From Schmidtea nova (lineage: Eukaryota), in contig CM097882.1 of the NCBI GenBank assembly GCA_044892505.1, positions 142,972,001-143,036,000 on the forward strand: 64,000 bases of DNA. The letters are read 5' to 3'. Shown one piece after another: positions 1 through 12,229 of this stretch. Position 1 is the stretch's first letter; each line of letters opens with the position of its first letter. The notes below the pieces were generated by a model. That model saw only the letters and a list, made by a program, of their open reading frames with translations. It did not search any database and had not been told where the DNA came from. The position numbers and the translations under genes were made by a program.

Positions 1-433
1 AGAAAATTATTAAAAATAAAACAATAAAAAATATTAATCAATATTCAAATTAATTTTATATTCAAATTAATTAATTTAATATTATAAAAAATTAGAATAA
101 TTAGAATTTAAACTAGAATTGTTTTAATAAATAGTTATAAAATAAAAATTCAAATTTAAATAATGTAAATAATTTTCAAAAATTAGTAAACACTACAAAA
201 TTAATTAAAAAATAATTAATAATATAAATAATACACTTAATTATTTTAAGTTGTCATTAATATTTATTAACTTATCAATGATAAAGATTACAAATCTTAT
301 TGAATAATAAATAAAGATTATTTATTACATTACAAATCGATAAAGAAAACTAATTATTAAATAATCTAAATTAATATTTATATACAAAGGTAATTAATTA
401 TAAATAACATTCATTAAATAAATCGATACTTAC

Positions 434-602
434 AGTTACTTTCTTTTATCTTTTCATTTTTCAGTTTATTTTTTATTAAACTATCTATTGTTTCAGATGC
501 TTCAACATTGTAACCAATAAAGTTGTTCATATTGTTGTCGACATCGTTGTTGTAATCATTGATCATGGTAATATCCATATTGTTGTTGGTGTTGTTGCTC
601 AT
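434..602 (-). CDS. Probable first coding exon (Asn-rich, MSNNTNNNMDITM...) of the gene in the divergent element's left arm, possibly its PolB
   Basis: ATG at 602 lies downstream of the conserved TATA/CCAAT module; phase-1 GTAAGT donor at 433, the same phase and donor as PolB exon 3 of the main element. Confidence 0.45.
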
Positions 603-689
603 TTTATCTAAAATAAGTTGATTATTTTAAAAGTTTTAAAACAAAAATTAACTTACTAAATTTAAGTTGCAGTAAAAAGTGATTCTTAA

Positions 690-760
690 ATGAAAAACTA
701 TTGTTTATATACTAAATTCAAAATTTTTTAAATTCAAAAATTTTTAACCAATCAAATTTG
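690..760 (-). promoter_or_regulatory. TATA + CCAAT promoter module homologous to the PolB promoter
   Basis: ATGAAAAACTATTGTTTATATACTAAA vs ATGAAAAAGTATTGTTTATATATCAAA (22621); AACCAATCA at 746-754. Confidence 0.55.
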
Positions 761-1179
761 AGGAAACATACACACACGTTTGTAAATACCACAGTGTAAT
801 TTATTTCTACAATTAAATTTTTTAAAAATTATTGAACAAATAATTTATTGTTATAAATATATATCATCATTTAATGTTTAATATCAATTATTATTAAAAT
901 ACAATGTAATAAATTAAAATTAATTTTAGAGTTAAATTATACTAATAAATTATAAAAATTCTTACAAGTTAAAGTAATAAATAATTTTAAAAAATTATTT
1001 AATTATTCGAAAAAATTATAAATTAATTAATATAAAAAATTAATTAATTAAAAGTAAACTAATTATTCACAAAGTTATTATTTTTTACATAATGTATTAT
1101 TGTAGAGATTTAAAATATAAATTGTTACAGTGAAAACTTAATTAAAGTATCAATCGACAAATAAAATCAATTATTTACA

Positions 1180-1500
1180 ACAAAACCCGTGTGTAAAACG
1201 ATAACTTTTAAATTTCTAATCAAACAATTTAGTGAAAAATTTATACATATAGTAAAAACTCTAAAATATTTATTTAAATTGTTCAAAAATATCAATAAAA
1301 CATGTGTGCAACAAGAAAAATGACTAATTTTATATTTTAATTTAAGCCATTTTATAGGAAATTAAATTCTACATGTACACTGTTAATGTGAAAACCAATT
1401 AATAACAACAAAACACGTGTGCGGCGCGCAAAACACAACATTTTGAATTTTGATTTTGGCCATCTTGTAGAGAATAAAATTCTGTCTATACATTGTTACA
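1180..1500. repeat. About 3 degenerate ~114-bp units with AAAAC(A/C)(C/T)GTGTG core, related to the 144-bp array
   Basis: Cores near 1183, 1297 and 1410; shared AAGCCATTTTATAGGAAATTAAATT motif. Confidence 0.6.
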
Positions 1501-2097
1501 GCGAGAAAAACGAATAATTTCAATTTGAGGCACAAATAAAGAAAAAAGAAAAAACGGGAGAGTAGGTGATAGTGAGGACTTGGGGCCAAGCCATTTATCC
1601 CTAAACTGAATATATTACGTAATAATTATACAGTTTACCCACCCCACCCCCACCACTCCCTCAAAGGAACGTATAACTTTATGTCATTACGTAATTATTA
1701 TGCATTTATTAGACAATCATTACATGGCCATTACGTAATTATTACGCAATAGTAACGCAATTGTTATGTTACTTTATATAAAATTTAAAATTCTTACATT
1801 ATACAATAATTCTTATGCAATTGATAATGTAATACTGTAATTTATTTATTTTTATTTACTTTTTCATAAATTTTACAAAAAATATAAAATATATTAATAT
1901 TTTCAATTTTTTTTCCAAAACTTTCAAAAATGCTCAGATTTCAATCATTTTTATACCAATCTACTGAGAATTCAATGGTAAAAAATAAACAAAACAAGTT
2001 TAAAATAAAACTTTATTCAATAAAATTGATCATCGGCTTCATCAACACGCGCGGGGGCGCGCGGCGGGGGTAAACTGTTATAATTTACGGCTAATTT

Positions 2098-2418
2098 AAG
2101 GCTAAGGGTATAACATTGAAGTAAACTAAACTGAATCATCAGTCGTCTCTGGATTGTTATAATAATAATTAAATAGTTTCTGTTGATCAGTCGAGAATTG
2201 TTAGTAACAATCATCAATTATTTACTAATAAATATTCGAAAATTGCCTTGACTAATCTTGATGACAAAAGACTTTGGGTGGATAAAAATGAAAGTATTGC
2301 ATATGGACATTATAAGGGATGTGGCTCGTTTATAGACCAATCAAAAGATCAGGTTAGCGATCCAGTTTCAGATCCAGCTCTCAATTCAAATTATATATCC
2401 AATTCAGATTTGTATTGA
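2098..2418 (+). pseudogene. C-terminal fragment of a divergent protein-primed PolB (not in the ORF track)
   Basis: Manual translation KAKGITLK*TKLNHQ...NHQLFTNKYSKIALTNLDDKRLWVDKNESIAYGHYK aligns to KAKGATLKDTKIDHD...NHQLYSFKNSKIALTNNDDKRVWVGKNESCAYGHYK of 18364-22098; two in-frame stops; AATAAA overlaps the end of the stop. Confidence 0.9.
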
Positions 2419-2929
2419 ATAAAACTTTGTTAAGAAATAATTGGTTTCATTGTATTTAGTTTTATATTTATTTAGACTGTTATGTTTAATTGTTTTTAAA
2501 AATTTTATGTGTTGTCCAGATTTGAATCGGTTTTATCGTTCAGGGTTTTCATTTTTTTATGATATGTTTCAATCTTTTTATTTAATGTAAAAATAATTAT
2601 TTCTGTTTACAAATATTAATAAATTCATCTGTTCTTGTAGTTGCAGTCTGTTGAATTGACTTTTAAATTTAGACTGTTCTCGCATAAATTCCATCTGTTT
2701 TCATAGTTAGCACATTCGATTTTCTAAATTCTATTTTTACCAAAATTATATAATATATCCAAATTTATCAGTTAAAAACAATTACTCGAAATGTTAGTCA
2801 GTCGATTAAGTCATTCGATTAATGTCGATTAATATCATTCGAATAAGTAAAAACATGTTATCATGTGTGTTTCGGGTAATAATTAATGTGTTGTGTATTT
2901 TGACATTACCAACAGTAGTCACGGAAGTT

Positions 2930-3200
2930 GCACAATGTGTGTGTGTGTTTACCTTAGCAATAGATACTTCAGGAATTATATATTGACACGTGTCTTAACC
3001 TTAGAAAAAGGCTACAAGTCGACTACACTTTAATGTGTGTTTACCCTAGGAACTTCTTTCCCGGAGATTATATATTAATGTGTGTTTGTTTACCTTAGCA
3101 ACATCTTTCCTGGAGACTTTATATTAATGTGCGTGTTTACCCTAGCAACATTTTCCCCAAGATTATATATTGATGTGTGTGTTTATAGCAACCGTTGCTA
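2930..3200. repeat. Subterminal degenerate ~45-55-bp tandem repeats (GTGTGTTTACC(T/C)TAGCAA)
   Basis: About 5 copies between the PolB remnant and the 3239 terminus, the same position as the 71-bp repeats of the main element. Confidence 0.65.
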
Positions 3201-3316
3201 TATGAAAAAAGTGGTACCGAGTCCTCACTATCCCCTACTATATATATGAAAAAAAACATTTGTCGGATGACTTATTTGTTTTAAACAAGAAAAGCTATAT
3301 CTGGTAACTATACCTG

Positions 3317-3673
3317 GTACCATTATGGGAATTATTGATANNNNNNNNNNNNNNNNNNNNNNNNNNNNNNNNNNNNNNNNNNNNNNNNNNNNNNNNNNNN
3401 NNNNNNNNNNNNNNNNNNNNNNNNNNNNNNNNNNNNNNNNNNNNNNNNNNNNNNNNNNNNNNNNNNNNNNNNNNNNNNNNNNNNNNNNNNNNNNNNNNNN
3501 NNNNNCACTTTTGATCTATTTTTATTATTAATATCAATAATTCCCATAATGGATGACTATAGATCAAAATTTCTTTAAATAAGTACACAATATTTTCAGC
3601 ACACGTGATAAAGGCTGTGCCGAAATATTGTGTACTTATGTTAAGAAATTTTGATCTATAGTCATCCATTATG
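3317..3673. repeat. Fold-back (hairpin) MITE-like repeat copies, partly in gaps; same family as 37957-38154
   Basis: 3531-3673 is self-complementary (CTATAGATCAAAATTTCTT...AAGAAATTTTGATCTATAG); ends ATATCAATAATTCCCATAATGG. Confidence 0.65.
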
Positions 3674-3821
3674 NNNNNNNNNNNNNNNNNNNNNNNNNNN
3701 NNNNNNNNNNNNNNNNNNNNNNNNNNNNNNNNNNNNNNNNNNNNNNNNNNNNNNNNNNNNNNNNNNNNNNNNNNNNNNNNNNNNNNNNNNNNNNNNNNNN
3801 NNNNNNNNNNNNNNNNNNNNN
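3341..3821. other. Assembly gaps 3341-3505 and 3674-3821
   Basis: N runs. Confidence 1.
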
Positions 3822-3911
3822 CTTTAATCAGTAATTTAATTTATGGAATATATTTACTCGTTGAAAATTTAAATTTTTAATATTTTATATTTTACAGACA
3901 ATTACAGTTTA

Positions 3912-4196
3912 ATGAATTTAAACTGTTTTATTTGCAAAAAATTGAAAACAAATCGAACTAAAAAGCTAACGAAAAACGTTCAACATCAAAAGTATCATTC
4001 GGACAATTTGAGTATAAACAATGAGCTGGATGGCAATGACTTCGTTAGAATTTCTCCAGGAATGAGGGCAGAAATAAGTGATCATCAAAAAGAACCAATA
4101 GAATTGCGCTCTGTAGATTTAACTTTATCTGATTCGTATTATGAAATGGATAAACGTCTCGCCAGATCTATTTTGGAAGATCCAATTAAAATATAA
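3912..4196 (+). CDS. Possible host exon/ORF of unknown function (94 aa)
   Basis: Protein-like composition in an AT-rich background; upstream TTTTACAG acceptor; no recognisable domain. Confidence 0.3.
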   Translation: MNLNCFICKKLKTNRTKKLTKNVQHQKYHSDNLSINNELDGNDFVRISPGMRAEISDHQKEPIELRSVDLTLSDSYYEMDKRLARSILEDPIKI

Positions 4197-5286
4197 TTCA
4201 CAAAAGATTTTTTTAGAATATATCTTATGGTAGTTAATTTTATTATTATACTAAAGAATATTAAAGAAATAGATAAATAACAAATAAGTTGTTTTTGCTA
4301 ATATTTCTCTAACTGAGTGCAAGAAGATCAACCTTATCCAGGCAACTGCACATGGTATGAAATTAATTAGATCTTTAGAATCTGAAAAAGAAATACTGTA
4401 GGAATACTAAAAGCCAATTCGAATTATATAATATATATATTGAGTATTAATAGATAATTCGGTTTTTAGTAGACGGAAATCTGGACCAATGATATCGAGA
4501 GTTGATCCGTACAAACTCTGTGACTGTCTGTATAGATTGATTTCTTGTGCAGATAAATGATGCATTGAAAAATACTGATTGTGATCAAGAGAATTGATTG
4601 ATAGGGTTGTGAAGTTAGTCATCTCAGATGGGTATGAATTGAGGTTCATGAGATGTCCCTTGATTGATAAACACATCTCTGTTTGTACAGGTTCTTTTCG
4701 CATTTCGAAATTGAAACATTTTCGCAATTCGGAGAACTGACAATTGCTTCTTCTTTGAATGTCAAATAAACAATAAAAAACTTCTGCATTCATGTTGTCG
4801 AACACGGCATTTGTTGCTATAAACTTCGCAGTCGGGTTCAGATTTTTGTTTTGACGTTTCGATATTGATATTGTTGTTGTTCAGTAAAAATGAGTAATTG
4901 TGTAGATCTTGGATAAAATGTTGTGAATTCTCAATCATGAAAAATCTGTTGATGTAAATTGAGCTGTTGACTGAAGACATCTAATCATTTGAAGTTGCTT
5001 GCATTTTGTTTGTGTGATCAGCGTGAATATAAAATATGTGAATATTAAAACAACGTCCATTAATTTTTTGCTCCATTTAATAATTACTTAAATTAAATTA
5101 ATTAATTTAAAAAATAAAAGAAATTTATAAAATTGAATATTTAATCTAAGACACCTCAAATACTAAACAAATTTTATCTTAAAATTTGGAAATAATTTAA
5201 TAAATATATAAGTTAAATTTTTAATTTAAATTTCAATCTTTAAAATGTATTTTAAATCTTTTTTTTAGTTTTTTAAATAAGTTTAA

Positions 5287-5529
5287 CCCTTAAATGCATC
5301 ATTTTTTGTATTTTATAAAACACCAGAAACACTGACCACGTGCTATCACAATTATTATTGACAAAAAACATAGACAAAATCATAGATTTTATTTTTATTT
5401 TCACTTGAATCCATAGACATACTGTTTATCTTATTGCCAGACTAAAAAATATATCGCTGTCATTAATTATAAATAATTATATTTAAATATTTGGTACGAT
5501 GGGAATTTCCATCACAATGCATTTAAGAG
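5287..5529. mobile_element. piggyBac-type MITE (243 bp)
   Basis: TTAA at 5283-5286 and 5530-5533; TIR CCCTTAAATGCAT / ATGCATTTAAGAG. Confidence 0.7.
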
Positions 5530-5977
5530 TTAAACTGTTTTTGAAATAGTATATAAAATTTGATATAAATTTCCATATTAAAATAGTTTTTTAAATATTC
5601 AATTGCCTCTTCTACAAATAAAGTAAATGTTCATATTTCTAAAATTAATAAAAATAAAAATGGCAGAATTTGTTCAAAGCCAGGAATGCTATATTGCAAC
5701 GTAGATTTTAAGCGTTTAAAAACTCAAATGTTTTAGAAAACACCCAATAAATATTAAATTGACACTTCGCAAAGATTTAATTATTGATAAACGCCACTTT
5801 GAGGTAAATAATATTTTTGTAATGATGCAGATAAATGTGCGTCATGACCTATTGCATCATAAGTAAATGGCAACGTAATATTTCATTAAATATTACGTTG
5901 CAGTTCTTCTTTAAGCTATAAATAATTGAGCGTTAAATAAATCTCATCATACTTTCTATTTTGTCTTTTAGCAATGG

Positions 5978-8900
5978 ATGCACAAGCTATCGCGGCTATA
6001 TATAAAAAATATTGAGGTCTTCCCTAGGTATTCGGGAGAAAGTGATATTGTCAAGTGGGTGGAGAAATTTTTACTGAAGAGTCAATTTCTGGAGCCTTCT
6101 CGCATATGGGTGTTTACAAGAAGTAGCTCTAGACATTTGGCGCCATCAGGCAGATCTCTCAAAGGGCAGCTACTCAGAATAGAAAGCCACTCTGATGAAG
6201 TCTTTTAACCTAAACGCGTTCGCTCCATTAGAAGAATTTAAAAATAGGAGATGGCACTCAGACGAAACTATGGACTCGTATTTTGGCTCTTTAAAACGCC
6301 TCGGGGAGCTGGCAAGAATAGGCAATGAAAGAATCATCGTGTCTTTCGTTACTGGTCTCCCAGCCGCAGTATAGAAGGCATTGCAAATTACCGGGATGGA
6401 CAGCAAGGAGTTTTTAATCGAAAAAGCTCAAATACTACTGGAGGGTGAAATTCCCAGAGAAACGCAAAGCTGGAAAAATGAAGCTAGGAGCGCTATTGTA
6501 TTGAAAAAGAAAAAGAAATTCAAATTTAAATGTTTCACATGTGGTGAAGAAGGCCATTTTGCCAGCGAATGTTGACGTCCGGAAAACATCGTGGGGAAGC
6601 AGTAAGCGCTGTCAGTTTCCCTCAGAACAACAAGGTGTCAAGCGTCAGGATGATTATTGTACGAATCCAAGGAAAACACGGCATTGCTTTGGTAGATTCA
6701 AATAGTTATTAGTTGATTCTGTGAAAAAATCGATTCAATGGAAACTTCGTGTCTAGTAAATGGATCATTAGTTTTGATGATCAAAAATTAGAATGTCGGA
6801 AATTCTCTCCAGTTGATCTTAAAATTCAAGTTTCTTCAATTGCTTTATCGTGTCTGGTCGTGGATGAGTTGCCAATGGACATTGATCTTAGTTTAGAAAT
6901 GGACGCAATTGTTTGAATGGATGGCTTATATATCTATGGAAATAAAGCTACTTTCGGGAACCCAGTATCGTTGGTGGCGTCAATGTGTCTCACCCACCGC
7001 ATCGACAACGATGATTTCAAAGCTAACTTTGATGGGTCTGGAGGGCCACCAACACTGAGAAATCAAAGCGGTATGTATCATTTGAAAGAACAGTTGAAGG
7101 AATTCTTTGAAAAGGAGGTTCAAGACTGGATTTCAAATGTTTGGTTGCAAGAATACTATTGGACACATGACGGAGTCATCCCTTTGTTAGCAGTTGAGCA
7201 AGTCAATAAAAGAAAAATTCGGCCGGTAATAGATTTCCGAGAGTTAAACAAGTGGATTGAATGCCACACAGAGGATAGCGACGTTTGCTAAGAGACGATG
7301 CGTCAGTGGCGTCGAATGGGAGAAGAAGTAGTTCTTCTTGATTTGCGTAATGCTTACTTGCAGATTCACATTGAAAAGAACCTGTAACGCTATCAAGTGG
7401 TTCGCTACATGGGAAAGACTTACTGTTTAACTCGCTTATGATTTGTTTTAAACTGCGTTCCAGGATAATGTTAAAGATCTTGCGAAGGGTGATTTCTTCT
7501 AATGCCGTCATTTAAGAGGCCACATTCAGCTATATTGACGACATAGAAATGGAATCATGAAAATGGATCCGGAAGCAGTCGTGGGACTGCTCGACTCGTT
7601 TTGACTTAAGACCAATGATACGGTACCCATCGCCAACGCAAAGGCGTTGGGGCTTTCTATTTTTCGCACAGAAAGCAACGAGTTGAGATAGAAGAGAGGA
7701 AATCAACTCGATAACGTTGACATAAACGATTCATGCTCAAAGCGAAAGTTATTTTCTATTTGTGGTATACATCATTTGGCATTATCCAGTGGCAAAATAG
7801 CCTCGAGTCACTTGCAGTTTCATTAAGCGTTTGAGCGACTGAGATTCGTGAGATAACGATGTTGATGTCGAGAGAAAACGGCTGCTATCAGAGCTGATCG
7901 ATCGAATGACAAACGAAGACCCAGTCGAAGGAATTTGGTATGTAAGCAGAATCAACGAAGGAAGAGTTTGGTGTGATTCCAGTAATCTTGCACTGGGGGT
8001 CTGTCTAGAAATCAACAGAAACATAGTTGAAGATGCCTCGTGGTTACGAAAGAAGGAAGATCATTTATTTATTATTGTCGCAGAACTAGAAGCCGTTTTG
8101 CGTGGTATTATTCTAGTAGCCACAGTCTTTAAATGGGTTTACAACATTTTGTCGGGAAATAGAAAAGCGAATACCAGAGGCAGTTCCGAGATGTTGGTTA
8201 AAAGGCGACTTGGTATGATCAAGCAGTTAGAAGACGAGTTCAGACTAGAAATATCCATCGAACTGGTGAAATCAGAAGAAAACGTAGTGAATACTCTACC
8301 CGGGTACCCAAAGCGTGGATGTAATATTGCTCCCCACTCATTGCTGGTTCTTCTCTATCTTAAGTGTCTAAAATGCATGGGAAGCATCACGTGGCCATCA
8401 ATTGAACGCTTTACTTAGCCAAAAAGTATAATCCAACCATTAGCTACAACATTGTTAAGGAAATTATCGATTCGTGTAATAAGTGTAAGATGTTTCATCT
8501 AGCCCCAATAACCTGGGAGAAAGGTACATTGGAACCGAATGGAACTGAATTGCTGTTGACGTAATTCGTGTGAAAGCTGATCTTTCCTTTCAATTGTAGA
8601 TCATGGGCCTAGCAGATATTGCATCTGGAAGAAATTCTCTAATGACGATTCGGTTTCTATTATCAATGCACTGGATACTGTGTTTCTGGAAAAGGGTTCA
8701 GTGAAAGAAATTCTGGCAGATAACGGAACAAACTTTCGATCTGCAGAGTTCAAACATTTTGCCAATATGTGGGACGTAAATCTAAAATATCGTTGCGTCT
8801 ACAGACCCGAAGGGAATGGAATTGCAGAGAAAACACAAAACTATCAAGTGGATAGTTGCGAGATCAGACTGTGATCCGGTAAGAGTGGTCATCTTTAATG

Positions 8901-8990
8901 ATATCACTCCTCATTCAGGTTTGGACGATAATACAGTACCTGCAAAGATGCATTGTGGTCAAACGTGGAGGTGGGCGAAATTTCTGGAAG
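5978..8990 (+). mobile_element. Decayed Ty3/Gypsy-like LTR retrotransposon internal region (gag-PR-RT-RH-IN)
   Basis: CFTCGEEGHFASEC zinc knuckle; RPVIDFRELNKW, LLDLRNAYLQI and YIDDI RT motifs; WCDSSNLALG RNase H; ILADNGTNFRS and YRPEGNGIAE integrase; many stops and frameshifts; LTRs not identified. Confidence 0.85.
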
Positions 8991-9009
8991 CTGCTAGTGA
9001 GTTGTCTTC

Positions 9010-9566
9010 TTCTGCCCGTACTGCAAGAAATAACATGCTTTCTCTCAATTTTAACCCACACAATTTAAAAACAAATCATAATATTAATTGTAGACTTTGT
9101 AAAAGTGAACCCGAAATTCAAATGCACATTTTTAATTACTATAAGCAAACACAAAATGAATGAATAAATAAACATAATAAAGTCATGGAACTAATTAGGG
9201 ACATTTTAATTTCTTAAAACTTTAGTATCGACATGGAAAAAAAGTTCTCCTGGCGTTGAAACAACATTAAGACCTGACTTAATAATAAAATCTGACAAAA
9301 ACAATAAAATTCACATACTTGAAATAAAAGTACCTTATGACCTCCCTGATAACTTTAAAAATACTAGAGAAAATAACTTTACAAAATATCAAGAACTAGG
9401 ACATCAAACAAATACAATTTAATAAATGTAAAACAACAATTTCAGAACTTATAGTAGACACTCTAGGTACTTGGGATGACGAAAATGATAAACCTCTTAA
9501 TGATATTTGACTAACTACAAATGATATAAAATTACTTAGAAAAAGTTTTGAGCACTGCTGGTAAAG
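9010..9566 (+). mobile_element. 3' fragment of an RLE-type (R2/R4/NeSL-like) non-LTR retrotransposon
   Basis: CRLCKSEPEIQMHI, KHNKV, RPDLIIK...ILEIKVPYD and LGTWD motifs of the zinc knuckle and PD-(D/E)xK endonuclease. Confidence 0.7.
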
Positions 9567-9574
9567 CAATTTTT

Positions 9575-9779
9575 GGCACTTGTACACAATTCCCCCCACA
9601 TTTGAGTTATTTTATTATGTGTGAATAATAAGCTTTTGCACATTAAATTTATCCACTAGCAGAACATTTCGAACAGAACCTTTAGTAACAGAACATGTTT
9701 TGTGATGGTTTTTATAAGCAAAGCTCATTATTCACACATATACTCAAATGTGGGGGGGGGGGAATTGTGTACAAGTGCA
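9575..9779. mobile_element. 205-bp MITE with 8-bp TSD
   Basis: TSD CAATTTTT at 9567-9574 and 9780-9787; TIR GCACTTGTACACAATTCCCCCC...ACATTTGAG. Confidence 0.8.
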
Positions 9780-10007
9780 CAATTTTTAATATATTATTCA
9801 TATAATTCATATAATGATATTGATAATTAGCATGTTTTTCTATATTAATATTAATCCTCATACTACTTTTATATATTTATTTTTTTTCTCTTATAATATC
9901 CTTTATATACTCATTTTGACCTTAGAATATGTTTTTCCTTATTATGTTCCTTCTTATTTAAAATAATTGCGTCTAAACCACATTTTAAAATTCAACCTAA
10001 CTATTTT

Positions 10008-12229
10008 GGTGTGCGGACGATTCATCCCTGGACGATTCATCCCTGGACGATTCATCCCTGGACGATTCATCCCTGGACGATTCATCCCTGGACGATTCAT
10101 CTCTGGACGATTCATCACTGGACGATTCATCCAGGAAAACTCATCATAGGACCATTAATCCAAATTAAATAACGAATTTACTGGAGTAACTAGTGCAAAA
10201 GTTACTGATTGTGAATTTATAGTGCTTTGGGTCTTGTTATATTTTTAAACGAAATATCCTTGTATCAATAAACATTATCAAATTATATGAAACAAAATAA
10301 AGTTTTAATTGTGTTACAAATGCGCAATTGCACGAAGATACAATAACACATTTATTTTTCTGTATCCACCAACAGCACGTCTAACTCTTTCGATCCAAGT
10401 CGCGATATTTCTTGACACCAATTTTCTGGATACCAGTAGTTGCTTGCATGAATGCTGTCTTCTGTTTCTGACTATCTTTCTCAACCCCTTCAATCATTAA
10501 CCATAGTGAAGGATGAATGCACATGAAGAGTGATTGGACGCCATGATGTCAGCCTTCCACCATGTTTGTTGTACGAGCTATACCATCTCCAGCTGATTCG
10601 TACCAATGCCACATCGGGATTGGAAACATATCTGAGCCATAATTGTTGCCTCTGTCTTGGAGTCATCGACGTCTAATTTAGGTGTGCTCGAAGTAAGATA
10701 GAAATTCGTTCATTCTTTCATGTTCTGCCATGTCTTCAGCTAGCAAGTTGAATGATTCAGCAACATCATCAACCGGAACATGTGCAAGTGCTGATAAACA
10801 TCGAACACTTCCACACAGCACATCGTCAGTTTCGTAATCGTTCTCCATACCAAATTCATTCACCTTGCGAAGAACATTCTGGTTGAGATGAAAGTAACAT
10901 CCTGTTATCGAAGCTCCTGAAAATGCTTGTGAAAATGCTCCCATTGTCGCTGACTCAAAATCGGTTAAGATCGTTTTTGGTGCAGTTCTTGGCATAAGAT
11001 TCTTGAATTCCATTATAAGATGGTTATAGGTTGATCGGGTCTTGTTCGGCAATAGATAATATACTACGGCAGGATTTATTCCTTTGATGAACTGAAAATG
11101 TTTACTGTACATCTGGAAAAAGATTGAGAGTACCACCTTGAAAGTGCCATCAGCCAATCAGATGTCGGATTTGGCTAGACCACCAAGAGGCATTCTTTCG
11201 ACCAAGATGATAAGCCGATCATACCCGATCCAAAATCAAATAATAATAGATTGATAAATTTTGATGGGATATCAAAGCTGAGATCAGTTGGTGTTTGTGG
11301 TAAGGTCTGCTGGTTATCACCGCTTGACAATGCAGTTTGACGATGACGACGCATAACACGGTTTAGAAAGGTTTTCTTAAGCAAGGCCATCGATACATGT
11401 GGACCCAAATCAACCATAACCGCACCAGAAAACGAACATGGTGTTGCTACAGTTTCTGTCATTTTCTTCTTCATGTCTCCGAAAGCGGCTCGTGCAAGTG
11501 CTTTATGACATTACTGATATGAGTGTGGTCTGGTGACTGATCTCCGATCTATCTGTTAGCAGTCGTGCTTTGCAGTTGAAAACCTGGTGTTTGCAACACC
11601 ACCATTGTGTTTGTCCTTGTGCGTTCTCTCTTTTTCTTCAGTATTCGTAGTTTCGATGTATGACTGTTTGCTTTCCACGTTTCGATGTTCCAAAGTTTAC
11701 TGTTGTCATAACGTATTTATTTTATGGTTTTTATTAATTGTTTTTCATTAAGTAATCAATAAGCCTATTTATTTATTGAGATTTATTCGTTTATGATTAA
11801 AATAAAATCATGAAATAACCTATTTATACCAAGACTATATTATAAAAATTGCGAAAAAAAACTTTATATGAAACTATGAAAAAGCTTTCGTGTCACGTAC
11901 TTTGAATCATGACGTTACCGTGGTATTAATATGGCCAACCATTGTATATATAGATATACAACGTTGCATAAAATTTTAAAACTTTATTACAACGGCAAAT
12001 TGTATTGGAAATTTGGCTTGTTATGGTATAACCTCTGATATTGACAATAGAAGGGGAATTAAAACACCATAACTTAATTGCTAAGCACACTCATATAATA
12101 CTGTAAAAATGACTTCTTTTCAATTTATTTATTTTGGATGAATGGTCCTGAGATGAGTTTTCCGGGATGAATCGTCCAAGGATGAATCCTCAACTGGATG
12201 AATCGTTCGGGATGAACAGTCCCAAATTC
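10008..12229 (-). mobile_element. MULE (Mutator-like) DNA transposon, decayed
   Basis: Transposase motifs ADGTFKVV, TDFESA and GCYFHLNQ (ORF 10678-11157, upstream piece 11175-11474); inverted repeats ~10015-10170 vs ~12121-12223; TSD not found. Confidence 0.85.
10015..10134. repeat. 15-bp tandem repeat GGACGATTCATCCCT x8 in the left MULE TIR
   Basis: Direct count; inverted degenerate copies at 12136-12223. Confidence 0.95.

Larger units (their letters stand above)
1..3239. mobile_element. Partial, internally deleted divergent member of the PolB element family: left-arm inner part, internal AGTAG terminus at 1561, deletion, PolB 3' end, outer terminus at 3239
   Basis: 690-717 matches the promoter at 22621-22647; 1438-1499 matches 24178-24238; AGTAGGTGATAGTGAGGAC at 1561; PolB C-terminal remnant at 2098-2418; terminus GTCCTCACTATCCCCTACT ends at 3239. 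Left end lies outside the window. Confidence 0.75.

Noticed and set aside
1561-3239. Self-contained 1.7-kb TIR element
   Set aside because: No TSD (CGGGAG vs ATATAT); the interior switches from core-type sequence to a PolB 3' end, better explained as an internal deletion of a larger element.
4407-4980. Two overlapping minus-strand ORFs as a host gene
   Set aside because: No recognisable domain or confident splice model; left unannotated.
8420-8900. Integrase as the missing Polinton integrase (also 44385-45500)
   Set aside because: Both lie in PR-RT-RH-IN order within Gypsy-like pol regions, outside any AGTAG-bounded element.
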